DNA of 64,000 nt. It comes from Bacteroidota bacterium. GTDB lineage: Bacteria > Bacteroidota > Ignavibacteria > Palsa-1295. Below are positions 9,840 through 20,214 of the stretch, one piece after another. Position 1 is the first letter of the stretch. Each line of letters opens with the position of its first letter. The notes under the pieces were generated by a model. It ran no database searches. It worked only from the letters and a program-made list of their open reading frames with translations, and was not told the origin of the DNA. The stretch covers positions 58,740-122,739 of the forward strand of contig JAUZNX010000009.1 in the NCBI GenBank assembly GCA_030706745.1, read 5' to 3'. A program made the translations under genes and the position numbers.

Positions 9840-10778
9840 ATGGCTGTTCAATTTCAAGACTACTACGAAATCCTTGGCGTGCCCCGGACGGCAACCGAGG
9901 ACGAGATCAAGAAGGCCTATCGCAAACTTGCGAGGCAGCACCATCCTGATCTGAATCCGAACGATAAGACCGCCGAGGAGCAATTCAAGAAGATCAACGA
10001 AGCCTACGAAGTACTGAGTGATAAAGAAAAGCGCGCGAAGTATGATCGCTTCGGTGAGAACTGGAAGACCGGTCAGCAATTTACACCCACTCCCGAGTGG
10101 GGTCCGGCACAGGGCGGATACCCTGGCGGCGGCAGCTATACGTTCACCAGCGGTGGCGGTGAAGATTTCTCCGAATTCTTCCAGCAATTCTTCGGACCTG
10201 GTATGGGGTTCGGCGCCGCTACTCAACGTCGCCGAACTGGATTTGCCACGCGTGGCAGCGACGTCGAGGCCGAATTACCTGTCACCATCGAAGAAGCATT
10301 TCATGGGACAACCAAACAGTTTACGATCCGCCGCGCGGACGGCACCACCAAGACATATAAGGTTAAAATCCCGGAGCATTCTTTCGCCGGAAAACAAATT
10401 CGGCTCGCGAGCCAAGGGGAGGCCGGTACTTCGACTGCTGGCGATCTGCTTCTGACGCTGGTGTATCAAAATCATCCCTACTATGATATCGACGGGTTCG
10501 ATCTCCACCGCGAATTGGATCTTGCCCCATGGGAAGCTGTACTCGGTGCGAAAATACCGATGGAAACGCTCGATGGAAATGTGCGCCTCACAATCTCGCC
10601 CGCCACTCAGAATGGCCACCGGCTTCGCCTTGCGAATCGGGGACTCTACCGTTCTAATGGCTCGCGCGGGGATCTCTATGCTGTGGTAAATATCGAAATT
10701 CCTGAGAAGATGACTGCGAAAGAACGGGAGCTCTGGGAAAAACTCCGAGAGACATCAGACTTCGATCCGAGGGCATAG
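9840..10778 (+). CDS. cbpA: DnaJ-class co-chaperone (CbpA-like)
   Basis: J domain with HPD, G/F-rich region, C-terminal DnaJ domain, no Zn finger. Confidence 0.85.
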   Translation: MAVQFQDYYEILGVPRTATEDEIKKAYRKLARQHHPDLNPNDKTAEEQFKKINEAYEVLSDKEKRAKYDRFGENWKTGQQFTPTPEWGPAQGGYPGGGSYTFTSGGGEDFSEFFQQFFGPGMGFGAATQRRRTGFATRGSDVEAELPVTIEEAFHGTTKQFTIRRADGTTKTYKVKIPEHSFAGKQIRLASQGEAGTSTAGDLLLTLVYQNHPYYDIDGFDLHRELDLAPWEAVLGAKIPMETLDGNVRLTISPATQNGHRLRLANRGLYRSNGSRGDLYAVVNIEIPEKMTAKERELWEKLRETSDFDPRA

Positions 10779-10780
10779 GT

Positions 10781-11458
10781 TCAGCCTTCTGTCACTAGTT
10801 CGCGCGTTAGACGAACGTTAAAAACTGTCTCGAAGGCGCGTTCAGTCGCAAGAATAATTTCATCCATCGGCTGGTGTGAGCCGAGCACCTTCGCGAGACT
10901 CGTCACGCCACGATCGCGAATACCGCAGGGCACAATATGCGCGAAGTAGGAGAGATCGGTATTGACATTAAATGCAAAGCCATGCATGGTGCACCAGCGC
11001 GATGCATGAACACCGATCGCGCAAATCTTCTCTTCGTTGGCGGGCCCACCGACCCAAACGCCCGTTCTGCCCGCGACGCGAAATCCAGAAATATTATACG
11101 CCTTCAACACCTCGATGATAACGTCTTCGAGCGCGCGTAAATACCAGCCTAAGTCCTCTTTGAAATGCGCGAGATTCAGGATCGGATATCCCACAAGCTG
11201 CCCAGGTCCGTGATAGGTCACATCCCCTCCTCGTTCGATCTCGAATCTCTCGGCGCCGAGCGCAGTCAGCTTTTCATCGGTCAGAAGAAAATTCGCAAGT
11301 TCGGCTCCCCGACCGAATGTATAAACATGAGGGTGTTCACAGAGGATTAATGTATCCTCGGTCTCGCCGTGAACGACACTCTGAAATATCTCTCGCTGAA
11401 AATCCCATGCCTCCTGGTAAGGCATGCGATCAAGCTGGATAAGTTGGACTGGTTGCAT
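10781..11458 (-). CDS. lipB: Lipoyl(octanoyl) transferase
   Basis: EHPHVYTFG, RGGDVTYHGPGQLVGYPI, KICAIG, HGFAFN, IVPCG. Confidence 0.95.
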   Translation of the reverse strand: MQPVQLIQLDRMPYQEAWDFQREIFQSVVHGETEDTLILCEHPHVYTFGRGAELANFLLTDEKLTALGAERFEIERGGDVTYHGPGQLVGYPILNLAHFKEDLGWYLRALEDVIIEVLKAYNISGFRVAGRTGVWVGGPANEEKICAIGVHASRWCTMHGFAFNVNTDLSYFAHIVPCGIRDRGVTSLAKVLGSHQPMDEIILATERAFETVFNVRLTRELVTEG

Positions 11459-11500
11459 AATACCGTGACCATGAACGGCGCACAGCCGGGACCAGTGCCA

Positions 11501-14500
11501 CTACTCAAGAATCATTAACCGCCGGGTGGCAACGAAGCCTTCCGAAGTAACGCGAAGAAAATATGCGCCGGAAGGAAGATTGCTCAGGTCCCAGTCGATG
11601 GCAGTGTTCTGAATGTCAAGTAAAATCTGCATTCTCTCTCGCCTCTCTCCCAGAATATCGAGGATCTCCGCGCTGGCCGGCCGGGCACCTTCATCATGCT
11701 CGATCGTGAAGTGCGCCATTCTATCCATGACTTGTACGTGTGAAACAAAAATCGGCAATCCGCGAAGCTGATTCTGGATTGTGCCTTGACCACAGACGAG
11801 TTCGATATGGAACTTTGAACTCTCGGTCGAATCTAGTTTGGCTATGCATGAGACCGGAAGCGGACTCGAAGGAAGAATGCTATCACAAGTAAATGTGATA
11901 GCCGTGCTATTTTGCGGAGCGAGATAGGAGTGGAAATGCAGCGTTGCAATCGTCGGACGATCCACGACCGGGGTGAATGTGAATGAGCGCAACATGTCAC
12001 CGCCAGTCAGCCGCACAGTGTTGACCAACTGGATGTCAGCCTCCTCGATACTCTGATAGCCCAACAGGTCATTATCGTTCTGAATGCTGAATGCAAACTT
12101 GCTGAGTCCCGTTGGGATCAGACCTTGCCGAGTTAGCCGAACAACAATATCCTGATCTGTAAATGCACTAGGTATATCATTGTTACCAAGCATGAGTGAG
12201 AAATGAGAGGGATATTCAATGCTTGCCAGCAGCGGCATCGTGAGCTGACCGGAATCGGAATTACTATTGAGATGCAAGACAGCACTCACGGCCGCAGGCT
12301 GCCCGATTGTGTCAGGCGAGAAGTGCAAGTGTTCGAGGATGGAATCGCCAGGCGGAATTGATATAGGATAAGACATGTCGGTCCAATAAGACCGATTGAT
12401 TCCACTGATGGAATCTCCAAATACGGTCACCACATCGCATCCAGAGTTCTTCACCCACACTGCTGTATCCCGCTCTTCGCAAACATGGACGCTATCAAAG
12501 GCTAGTGTCTTTACATTAAGCGCGGCAATGCGAGAGCCATGCGTCACATGAGCCTCAAGTGGAAGTGTTCTATCAGTTGGATTCTCGTCGTACGCGCCAA
12601 TACCATGGACATGAAATGTCGCGGAAAAGATGCCGGTATCACCAGAGCTAAAACGCACCTTGAACTGGTGAGAGGAATCCGGTGCGAGTGAAATATTCGC
12701 TGTATCCAAAAGTGCAAACCGACCTGCCGGATCGATTTGCATGCTGGAAAGCAAGAGTGTATCACATCCATCGTTGGCGATTGTGAAGTACTGTATAGTA
12801 TCCGCATTGCAAATCGTCATCTCTCCAAAATCGAGCAACGGGTCTCTTAGTGAGAGAATAGCATTGCCGGGTACTGCATCCGCAGAGAGCCGGACCTGCT
12901 GACTGGTGACGCCTTTCTTTGTCAGCCCATCGAGCAAATACGAAATGAATTGAGTGCTCGATCCGGGCGAAGTGGGAGTAAAATGTACGCGAATGGAAAA
13001 TGCGCTATCGGGTGGCAGCCGGAGTGGAAGGGTAACATCGCTCGCGCTCCACCCGGACTGCCAAAGCGTCGTGTTCTTTGTTACCCAGATGGTGTCGCAG
13101 CCAAAATTGCGAAATGTAACGACAGTGTCGAAGGTGGAACACATTGAAGTAGTGTCGAGCTGGAGCATCGAAACGTCTGGCTCCAGATCGCCGCTTTCAT
13201 TTGTGAAGGTGACAATTATTTCGAACGTGGTATCGAACGGCCGAAGCGTCTGGTCGTCGATCCCCGTGAGATGGAAGTAAATCGCGGTGGCACGGGCAAG
13301 TCCCTGTGGCGGAAATATCAGCCGGAGTGTGTCCCAAGTGCCTGCGGTGACCGTCCTGGGAAATAAGAGGTTGCTCTGGTATTTCAGTGCTGGATCGACT
13401 GCAATATTGCAGGTCCAAAACTGGACGCTATCGCATGGTGACGCCTGAAGGAATATCGGCACGATCGATTGAATGCAATTCGAAACCGTCAGCGTATGAG
13501 GAGCTTTGATGATCGGCGAAACCACTGGCGTTGCTGACAGTGGGATATTGAGAATCGTATCGAATATCTTATTTCCCTCGAGGAGCAGACCGTGGCAATG
13601 CACTTTGATGATGAGATTTCCCGGATGGCGCGCGAAGACTACAAACCGGACGGTGTCAGGCTGACCAGCAATGAGCGTATCGGGAAGTGTTTCCGACGAA
13701 GAAACTACAACAACATTGGTATCGAGCTGGAGTGAATCAAAGACGACAGAGCCGCAATCCGAAGTAGACAAGATTATCGGAATTGGAAACAAATCGCAAG
13801 TCTTCGCGGTAAGCTTCGGTTCAAGTTGAATCTGTGGCAATGGAGAGACGCGATGGACAGCGACGTCTTGGAGCCACTCGTAGTCCCGACAGCCATCAGA
13901 AGCTTGTAGCGTGATGTGAAGTGTTTCATCTTTTTGCGAAGAGTCTATAGCGAGCCAGAGTACGGTGACACCGTCGGGTGCGCAAACGAAAGTCGTATCA
14001 ATGGTCCGCTGACCGGAGTGCAGGATGAGATGGCCCGAAAGTCGGCGGCCATATCCGGTTATGACAACTGGAATCGTCGCAGGCCCGCATGGCAATTCCG
14101 TATCCAGCACCGTTACTGGGATTTTGGGACGAGCATTGAGCGAGGCTCCTTTGCAGATCCAGACCTCATTCGCGCTCGTCGCGACGATCGTATCTCCTTG
14201 TGGACCGAATACACAGAAGTGGTAATCCTCACCGCTTGCCGCCGGCCCACGAATGAAATCCCAACTGAATCCTGCATCCACGGAGCGGTAGACTCCTGAC
14301 GGTTCGTAATGATACAGGACGCCATCGGCACCTTCCATCAGGTCCTCTCGCAATCCTGTCTGTTGCGAGGCAAAATGCCAGCTTCTTCCGCTATCGAGGG
14401 AATATCTCACTGGACCATCTTCTCCCATTGCAAAGAACTCTCGGCGACAGGTATCGCCATAGATCCCCCATCCACCGACAGCACTCCCCGAAGGAATGGC

Positions 14501-15013
14501 TCCAACTGACCATGTGAGTCCCACATCCAAAGAATAATTTGCCCATAGGCCATCATCATTAATGGCCGCGCAAATATTGGAGTCGATCCGAGCGAAGCTG
14601 CCGGGTGCGCGGAGGCCATGGATCTTTCCATCGCTGGCACGGTAGACATCCCACGCGGCGGTTTCCGGCACTGTTATCTGACTCCAGGTTACACCGCTAT
14701 CGAGCGATTTCCAAACCTCGAGGTTCGCCGCGGAATAGAGCACTCCATCGATGACGCGCAACGATTGAGGCGTAAGCCCGCTATAAGTGCTTTGGGTCCA
14801 GAAGCCATTCCGATAATAATACAGCCCTTGAAATGGTCCGGAGGCTACCCCGACCTGGGAATTCCAAAAATAGACACAGTGAAGATTTTCATTCGCCGGC
14901 CCCAAAGCACCGATCTGAACCCAGCTTTGCCCAGTCGCCAATCTTGGGCACAATGAAATTACCGCTACGAGAAGCGCGAAGACGCGTTGCCAAAAACGGG
15001 ACGTTCGTACCAT
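11501..15013 (-). CDS. Large T9SS-sorted protein: Asp-box propeller + repeated Ig-like (ASH/Cep192-like) domains
   Basis: Signal peptide from M22 of the ORF; SxDxG repeats; repeated N.GCD...(V/L)P..(L/I)...DS modules; C-terminal DILG...DLSNLPSGAYFLRV. Confidence 0.8.
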   Translation of the reverse strand: MVRTSRFWQRVFALLVAVISLCPRLATGQSWVQIGALGPANENLHCVYFWNSQVGVASGPFQGLYYYRNGFWTQSTYSGLTPQSLRVIDGVLYSAANLEVWKSLDSGVTWSQITVPETAAWDVYRASDGKIHGLRAPGSFARIDSNICAAINDDGLWANYSLDVGLTWSVGAIPSGSAVGGWGIYGDTCRREFFAMGEDGPVRYSLDSGRSWHFASQQTGLREDLMEGADGVLYHYEPSGVYRSVDAGFSWDFIRGPAASGEDYHFCVFGPQGDTIVATSANEVWICKGASLNARPKIPVTVLDTELPCGPATIPVVITGYGRRLSGHLILHSGQRTIDTTFVCAPDGVTVLWLAIDSSQKDETLHITLQASDGCRDYEWLQDVAVHRVSPLPQIQLEPKLTAKTCDLFPIPIILSTSDCGSVVFDSLQLDTNVVVVSSSETLPDTLIAGQPDTVRFVVFARHPGNLIIKVHCHGLLLEGNKIFDTILNIPLSATPVVSPIIKAPHTLTVSNCIQSIVPIFLQASPCDSVQFWTCNIAVDPALKYQSNLLFPRTVTAGTWDTLRLIFPPQGLARATAIYFHLTGIDDQTLRPFDTTFEIIVTFTNESGDLEPDVSMLQLDTTSMCSTFDTVVTFRNFGCDTIWVTKNTTLWQSGWSASDVTLPLRLPPDSAFSIRVHFTPTSPGSSTQFISYLLDGLTKKGVTSQQVRLSADAVPGNAILSLRDPLLDFGEMTICNADTIQYFTIANDGCDTLLLSSMQIDPAGRFALLDTANISLAPDSSHQFKVRFSSGDTGIFSATFHVHGIGAYDENPTDRTLPLEAHVTHGSRIAALNVKTLAFDSVHVCEERDTAVWVKNSGCDVVTVFGDSISGINRSYWTDMSYPISIPPGDSILEHLHFSPDTIGQPAAVSAVLHLNSNSDSGQLTMPLLASIEYPSHFSLMLGNNDIPSAFTDQDIVVRLTRQGLIPTGLSKFAFSIQNDNDLLGYQSIEEADIQLVNTVRLTGGDMLRSFTFTPVVDRPTIATLHFHSYLAPQNSTAITFTCDSILPSSPLPVSCIAKLDSTESSKFHIELVCGQGTIQNQLRGLPIFVSHVQVMDRMAHFTIEHDEGARPASAEILDILGERRERMQILLDIQNTAIDWDLSNLPSGAYFLRVTSEGFVATRRLMILE

Positions 15014-15031
15014 GACCGGGATCCAATATAA

Positions 15032-15039
15032 TACATTTG
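15032..15039 (+). promoter_or_regulatory. Bacteroidota-type -7 promoter box TACATTTG
   Basis: Matches TAnnTTTG in the divergent gap upstream of ymdB. Confidence 0.4.
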
Positions 15040-15200
15040 CGGGAAATCCGGCTCTATTGAGAATTTCTGCTCGCATTCAATTAGGGTGCAATCTCCAGAA
15101 TCACTGCGGAAGCGAAGAATTTATTAGTTATCAGGCAGAAGATTTCGTCTCCTTCATAGGCCGGGGAGCCTTATCCACCTCGGTTTCTGTTCCTCCGCCA

Positions 15201-16160
15201 GTGAACGATCAGACAAATCCATCCTCGAACGGCTCCCCATCGCTCCCGGCGACCAAGTCGGAGGTGCGCGTACTTTTTATTGGCGATATCGTCGGTACGG
15301 CCGCGCTGGCGATGGTCGTGCGGATGCTGCCCTCACTCAAAGCGAAGTATGCCTCTGATTTTATCATCGCCAATGGCGAAAACATCGCCGACGGCAAATC
15401 GCTGACAAAGAAGCATGCCGCTGATCTCTTCGGAGCTGGCGTGCAGGTCATCACGAGCGGAAATCATGTCTGGGATCGATGGGATGCCCGCGAGATGCTA
15501 TCGAACGATCGTCGCATTTTGCGTCCCGCGAACTACCCGCGCGAAAATGCTGGCTCGGGTCTTCATATTGGCGAGACTGCGGATGGCATTAAGATCGGCG
15601 TGCTGAACCTTCAGGGCCGCACATATATGCAGACGATCGACTGCCCCTTTCGCGTATCGAACTGGGCGCTGGATAAGATCGCGGAATTCGCGCAGATCGT
15701 CATCGTCGATATGCATGCTGAAGCGACGGCTGAAAAGCAGACGATGGCACGCTATCTTGACGGCAAGGTCAGCGCCGTGCTTGGCACGCATACGCACGTG
15801 CAAACTGCCGATGCTCAAATCCTGCCGAATGGCACATCGTACATCTCGGATGTCGGAATGACCGGCCCGTACGAAAGTGTGATCGGAATGAAGATCGATA
15901 TTGCAGTGCGCCGGTTCCTGAATCAGACGCCCTACAAGTATGACATTGCGAAGGATGGGATTCGCATTGCAGGCGTAAGTCTCACGATCGACGTGGCTAC
16001 TGGTGCCACACTCGAGATCGAGCCGTTCATGTTTCCGGATTTCGAACGTACGCGGATGCCTCTCATCGATGTCGATGCGATCGACGAATCCGACATGGCA
16101 CTCGAACAGCCTGAAGAAGGCATCCCGGCAACGGAAGAGCCCGAAGTCAGTAATGGCTGA
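15201..16160 (+). CDS. ymdB: YmdB-like metallophosphoesterase (TIGR00282 type)
   Basis: FIGDIVG, ANGEN, TSGNH, DMHAEATAEK, GTHTHV, DVGMTG; start uncertain (GTG 15201 chosen). Confidence 0.9.
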   Translation: MNDQTNPSSNGSPSLPATKSEVRVLFIGDIVGTAALAMVVRMLPSLKAKYASDFIIANGENIADGKSLTKKHAADLFGAGVQVITSGNHVWDRWDAREMLSNDRRILRPANYPRENAGSGLHIGETADGIKIGVLNLQGRTYMQTIDCPFRVSNWALDKIAEFAQIVIVDMHAEATAEKQTMARYLDGKVSAVLGTHTHVQTADAQILPNGTSYISDVGMTGPYESVIGMKIDIAVRRFLNQTPYKYDIAKDGIRIAGVSLTIDVATGATLEIEPFMFPDFERTRMPLIDVDAIDESDMALEQPEEGIPATEEPEVSNG

Positions 16161-17049
16161 AGCTCGCATCATCGATGGGAAGCGGATCGCTGAAGAACTC
16201 CGCAACGAGATTGCCCTGGAGGCTGCCGAATTTCTGAAGAAAACAGGAATTCAGCCCCGCGCGGTGTTCATCCTGGTCGGCAATAATCCCGCGAGCGAAG
16301 TATATGTCCGCAACAAAGGCCTCGCTGCAGAGCAAGCCGGATTTTCGCACGAGACGATTGCACTTCAAGAAAATACTTCCGAGAGTGCACTGATCGATCT
16401 CATTCGAGCGATCAATGCAGATCCCGCGACTCATGGCTTGCTGGTGCAATTTCCCTTGCCGCGCCATATCAACGAAGAACATATAATCGAGGCACTCTCG
16501 CCGGATAAAGATGTCGATGGATTCCATCCAATCAATGCCGGGCGACTCCTGATTGGCAAAGGCAATTTCTTTGCTCCCTGCACGCCGGCTGGCGTGATCG
16601 AAATTCTCTATCGAGAGAAAATCGAAGTCAGCGGGAAGCATGCCGTAATTGTGGGTCGCTCGAATTTAGTAGGCAAGCCGCTCGCGATGCTGCTCGCGCA
16701 AAAGAATCCGAAAGCGAATGCGGTCGCAACGATTGCACACACCGGAGCTGGTTCACGACTTGTAGAGATCACGCGACAAGCAGATATTCTCATCGCCGCG
16801 ATGGGTGTGCCGCTGGCAATTACATCCGACATGGTCAAGCCTGGCGCGGTTGTCATCGATGTTGGGATTAACCGGATCGAGGACGCGTCGAAGAAATCGG
16901 GATATCGCTTAGTGGGCGATGTGGATTTCGAGGCCGTACGGCATATCGCCAGCGCAATTACTCCTGTGCCTGGCGGCGTCGGGCCGATGACAATTGCGAT
17001 GTTGCTCAAGAACACACTGACGGCTGCCGAAAGGCAAATTCTCAAATGA
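16153..17049 (+). CDS. folD: Methylene-THF dehydrogenase/cyclohydrolase
   Basis: IIDGK, YVRNK, KDVDGFHP, GRSNLVGKP, TPVPGGVGPMT; ATG 16153 overlaps the ymdB end. Confidence 0.95.
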   Translation: MAEARIIDGKRIAEELRNEIALEAAEFLKKTGIQPRAVFILVGNNPASEVYVRNKGLAAEQAGFSHETIALQENTSESALIDLIRAINADPATHGLLVQFPLPRHINEEHIIEALSPDKDVDGFHPINAGRLLIGKGNFFAPCTPAGVIEILYREKIEVSGKHAVIVGRSNLVGKPLAMLLAQKNPKANAVATIAHTGAGSRLVEITRQADILIAAMGVPLAITSDMVKPGAVVIDVGINRIEDASKKSGYRLVGDVDFEAVRHIASAITPVPGGVGPMTIAMLLKNTLTAAERQILK

Positions 17050-18008
17050 TGCGTTTCGGTATCTTCGGTCACCAGCAACGCGCCGGCTCGCGCGAAACAC
17101 TTACCCTCCTGCTGAGGAAGATCGTAGAGCGATTTCCGAGTTCGCAGATTGTCCTGGCCGATGGCATGGCTTCCCTTATGGCTCCGGGCACGGTGGAAGT
17201 GTTAGCGTCACTCTATGATCTGGCCCGTACGAGCGATGTGATATTCTCCATTGGCGGTGATGGCACGATGCTCATGGCTGCCCGAGCGATCGAACGCACG
17301 AACCCCAATGCGAAACTCGTCGGCATCAACTTAGGAAAGCTCGGCTTCATCTCCGAGCATCCGCCGGCAGAGATGGACTTGCTCCTGGACGAGCTCGCGA
17401 GCGACTCACTTGTCACCGAGCATCGCCTGATGTTGCGCAGTACGGTCAGTAGCGAAACCACTGAATTGCCACGTGTCAATCAGGACGATCTCGAACCAGC
17501 CCGAGTCGGCAGCACCGCGCCGGAAATCGCGCTCGATGCTCTGAATGAAATTGTCATCGATAACTACGGCTCGACGCGAATGCTCACGTTCGAGATTTTT
17601 GTGAATGATGCACTGCTTGGCCGTATTCGCGCCGATGGAATTATCATAGCAACGCCAACCGGATCGACTGGCTATGCAGTCAGTGCTGGTGGCCCTATCA
17701 TCGAGCCGACGAGCCGTGTCATGCTTGTGACACCGATCGCTCCGCACTCGCTGAATATTCGTCCCATCATCGTCCCCGAAGAAGCACGCGTGCGCGTCCG
17801 CAGCTTTGCTGATGCCCCCCAACAGGCGCTTGTCGTCGCCGATGGACAAGAACAAGCGATCGTCCGAACGCCCTCGGTCGTAACAGTTCAGGCCGCTCCC
17901 AATCGGCTGAAACTCCTGCGCCGCCGCGAGCGCTCGTATTTCGATCTGCTCCGAACAAAGCTCTTTTGGAGCGCAGATACGCGAGACGCCGGCTCCGTCC
18001 GGATGTAA
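17046..18008 (+). CDS. nadK: NAD(+) kinase
   Basis: GGDGT, GKLGF, LNE, DGIIIATPTGSTGY..SAGGP. Confidence 0.95.
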   Translation: MMRFGIFGHQQRAGSRETLTLLLRKIVERFPSSQIVLADGMASLMAPGTVEVLASLYDLARTSDVIFSIGGDGTMLMAARAIERTNPNAKLVGINLGKLGFISEHPPAEMDLLLDELASDSLVTEHRLMLRSTVSSETTELPRVNQDDLEPARVGSTAPEIALDALNEIVIDNYGSTRMLTFEIFVNDALLGRIRADGIIIATPTGSTGYAVSAGGPIIEPTSRVMLVTPIAPHSLNIRPIIVPEEARVRVRSFADAPQQALVVADGQEQAIVRTPSVVTVQAAPNRLKLLRRRERSYFDLLRTKLFWSADTRDAGSVRM

Positions 18009-18009
18009 G

Positions 18010-18190
18010 TATTCTGCCCGCAACCGGGAATCCTCGAGGCTTCGTATTCTTGGCCTCTCATTTCAAGTGACTGGACCCCTGTAACGGGCGAATGTCCCCC
18101 TGAAATTTCAAGCCTTGAAGTCGAAGCGAAGACGACCCCCTTCACCCTATATAACAAGGTTCGACCCTCAGGCTGTTGCATGAACATCAT
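18010..18190 (+). ncRNA. ssrS: Probable 6S RNA
   Basis: About 180 nt after nadK with long-range pairing (GCAAC/GTTGC, CCTCGAGG/CCTCAGG, TTGGCCT/AGGTTCG); 3' part GACGACccccTTCACC...AAGGTTCG resembles the 6S 3' motif; strand and ends approximate. Confidence 0.6.
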
Positions 18191-18330
18191 AATTCTATAT
18201 ACTATCCAGAATTATTCATCGAATATTCATAAAGCGTTGCCGTCTTTCGCGCTGCATACCGCAATGTATATCATTTAGCAAGAGTACTCAGGAGGCGGCG
18301 ATGTTCCTATTATTCGTATCGAAAAAATGT

Positions 18331-18346
18331 TGGCACATGGTTCGCA
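18331..18346 (+). promoter_or_regulatory. Possible sigma-54 (-24/-12) promoter TGGCACATGGTTCGCA
   Basis: GG-N10-GC spacing, about 85 nt upstream of ATG 18433. Confidence 0.35.
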
Positions 18347-18432
18347 CTCAGCGCAAGTCCCAAGCCTTGGCAACCTTGAGCCGCGATCCCCGCTCTAAAG
18401 TATATCTGCAAAATACAGAAAGAAGTACCATC

Positions 18433-18930
18433 ATGCGTATTCCATTAAGACTATTCCTATTCTTCGGACTCGTCGCGCTGGCCGCGCCGGCGTTCGCGCA
18501 AGTCCACCTTAGCATTAATATTGGGCCGCCACTGCCCCGGCACGAAGTTGTGGTCCGCTCGGTCGTTCCGGGAGCGATCTGGATTCCCGGTTACTACACC
18601 TATAGTCAATTCGATGAAGACTATGCGTGGCATACCGGTCGGTGGGAGGCTCCGCCGGCACCGCACCAGATCTGGGTGGCTCCGCGCTATGTCCACCGTG
18701 GTACGGGCTACGATTACTATGAAGGCGGATGGCGCGACAACGGCAAGCACAAGGGCCAGTTCAAGCAAAGAGGCGGCGCAGTGCAAAGCTATCAGGTTCG
18801 TGACAATCCGGGTCGAGGCAACAACAATCCCGGCCGCGGTAACGAAGGCCATGGTAATAAAGGCAACGGCAACGAGGGGCACGGCAACGAAGGCCATGGA
18901 AACGGCAACGGTCACGGGCGCGACAAATAA
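18433..18930 (+). CDS. Secreted YXWGXW-repeat protein with Gly/Asn/His low-complexity tail
   Basis: Signal peptide; WIPGYY, YAWHTGRW, WVAPRY, YYEGGW repeats; GNEGH repeats. Confidence 0.85.
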   Translation: MRIPLRLFLFFGLVALAAPAFAQVHLSINIGPPLPRHEVVVRSVVPGAIWIPGYYTYSQFDEDYAWHTGRWEAPPAPHQIWVAPRYVHRGTGYDYYEGGWRDNGKHKGQFKQRGGAVQSYQVRDNPGRGNNNPGRGNEGHGNKGNGNEGHGNEGHGNGNGHGRDK

Positions 18931-18955
18931 CGCGAAGATTTTTCTTGACACCGTT

Positions 18956-18990
18956 GCAGTACCCGCCTCATGGCGGGTGCTGCTGTTTTA
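18956..18990 (+). terminator. Intrinsic terminator
   Basis: GCAGTACCCGCC-TCAT-GGCGGGTGCTGC followed by TGTTTT. Confidence 0.7.
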
Positions 18991-19138
18991 GAGAGGCGCA
19001 ATGCATAGCCATTGCGCCTTGCTCCACCGATCGGCGAAACATTTTTGTGATAAGCCAAGGGTGGAGTGAAACGGAATCTTGCTGCGGATTTGATGGCTGG
19101 ACGGGGGCGGAAATTGTTGTGACAGCAGTATAGATTAC

Positions 19139-19432
19139 TTGGAACATGACTTTTACTGCCATGATGCGGACAAAGGGCTTGAGATCGATTCGATATTTTA
19201 CTGGAAAGATTCTCAGTGGGAGTTCATTGCGACGAGCACTTTTGACGAAAAGAACCGCATTGAAAGCTGGCAGGGCTTTCGCGGCGGGTCGACGATGCGT
19301 CATTGCCGTGATGAATATGGCCGCACAATAAGGGACGAATCCTTTGGTATTATGGACTCGGTGTCATTCAATGAAAATGGGCTAGAGACAGGATCTTTCC
19401 GATTCAAACCGCGAGGTAAGACCTTCGATTGA
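19139..19432 (+). CDS. Hypothetical protein or gene fragment (97 aa)
   Basis: TTG start, no signal peptide; protein-like composition; frame open only back to a stop at 19091. Confidence 0.3.
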   Translation: MEHDFYCHDADKGLEIDSIFYWKDSQWEFIATSTFDEKNRIESWQGFRGGSTMRHCRDEYGRTIRDESFGIMDSVSFNENGLETGSFRFKPRGKTFD

Positions 19433-19615
19433 AGCAAGACTAGATATGGTTATAATTAAGCAAGCCCTAATTGGAGTCCTTGACGGAACTTTCACCCCTC
19501 CCAAAGGCTTATAGCGCGGCTGAAAAAAAGGGGTTTTACACTGAAAATGTGAATAACTGGCCCCTGCTCGCTCCTTGAAAAGGGGCGATAATAGAAGATT
19601 TTAGAGGAAAACGAC

Positions 19616-20074
19616 GTGGCAGGCAAGAATACCATCGAAAACGGGCGGATTACACGCTCCACGAAGCAGAGCGAAGTTGAGCGGAAATGGCATCTCGTCG
19701 ATGCCGATGGACAGACCGTAGGCCGTTTGGCCACGCGCGTTGCGACCATCCTGCGCGGCAAGCATAAGGCGACGTTCTCGCCGCATGTCGATACCGGCGA
19801 TTTCGTCGTGGTCATCAACGCCGAGAAGATCAAGATGACTGGCAAGCGCATGGAGCAGAAGACGTATTATCATAATACGCTCTATCCGGGCGGCGACCGC
19901 CACGAGAAATTCAGCGAGCTGATGGCCAAGCACCCCGAGCGCATCATCGAAGAAGCGGTCAAGGGCATGCTTCCGAAGAACTCGCTGGGCCGCAAGACCT
20001 ACATGAAACTGAAGGTCTACGCTGGTCCGAAGCACGAGCACGAGGCGCAGAATCCGGTAGCATTAAGTCTTTAG
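19616..20074 (+). CDS. rplM: 50S ribosomal protein L13
   Basis: [42 protein letters not shown]. Confidence 0.98.
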   Translation: MAGKNTIENGRITRSTKQSEVERKWHLVDADGQTVGRLATRVATILRGKHKATFSPHVDTGDFVVVINAEKIKMTGKRMEQKTYYHNTLYPGGDRHEKFSELMAKHPERIIEEAVKGMLPKNSLGRKTYMKLKVYAGPKHEHEAQNPVALSL

Positions 20075-20082
20075 TATTTAGG

Positions 20083-20197
20083 GTCATTGCGAGGAGCGAC
20101 GCAGGAGCGACGAAGCAATCCCTGACAGGTTTACGAAGCAGTTCGGCTCACTTTGAGCGGGATTGCTTCAGAGGGCTAAAGCCCTCTTCGCAATGAC
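20083..20197. repeat. Palindromic REP/RPE-like element, copy 1
   Basis: GTCATTGCGA...GAAGCAATCCC...GGGATTGCTTC...TCGCAATGAC nested inverted repeats. Confidence 0.85.
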
Positions 20198-20214
20198 GGT
20201 ATTAGAATATTACA

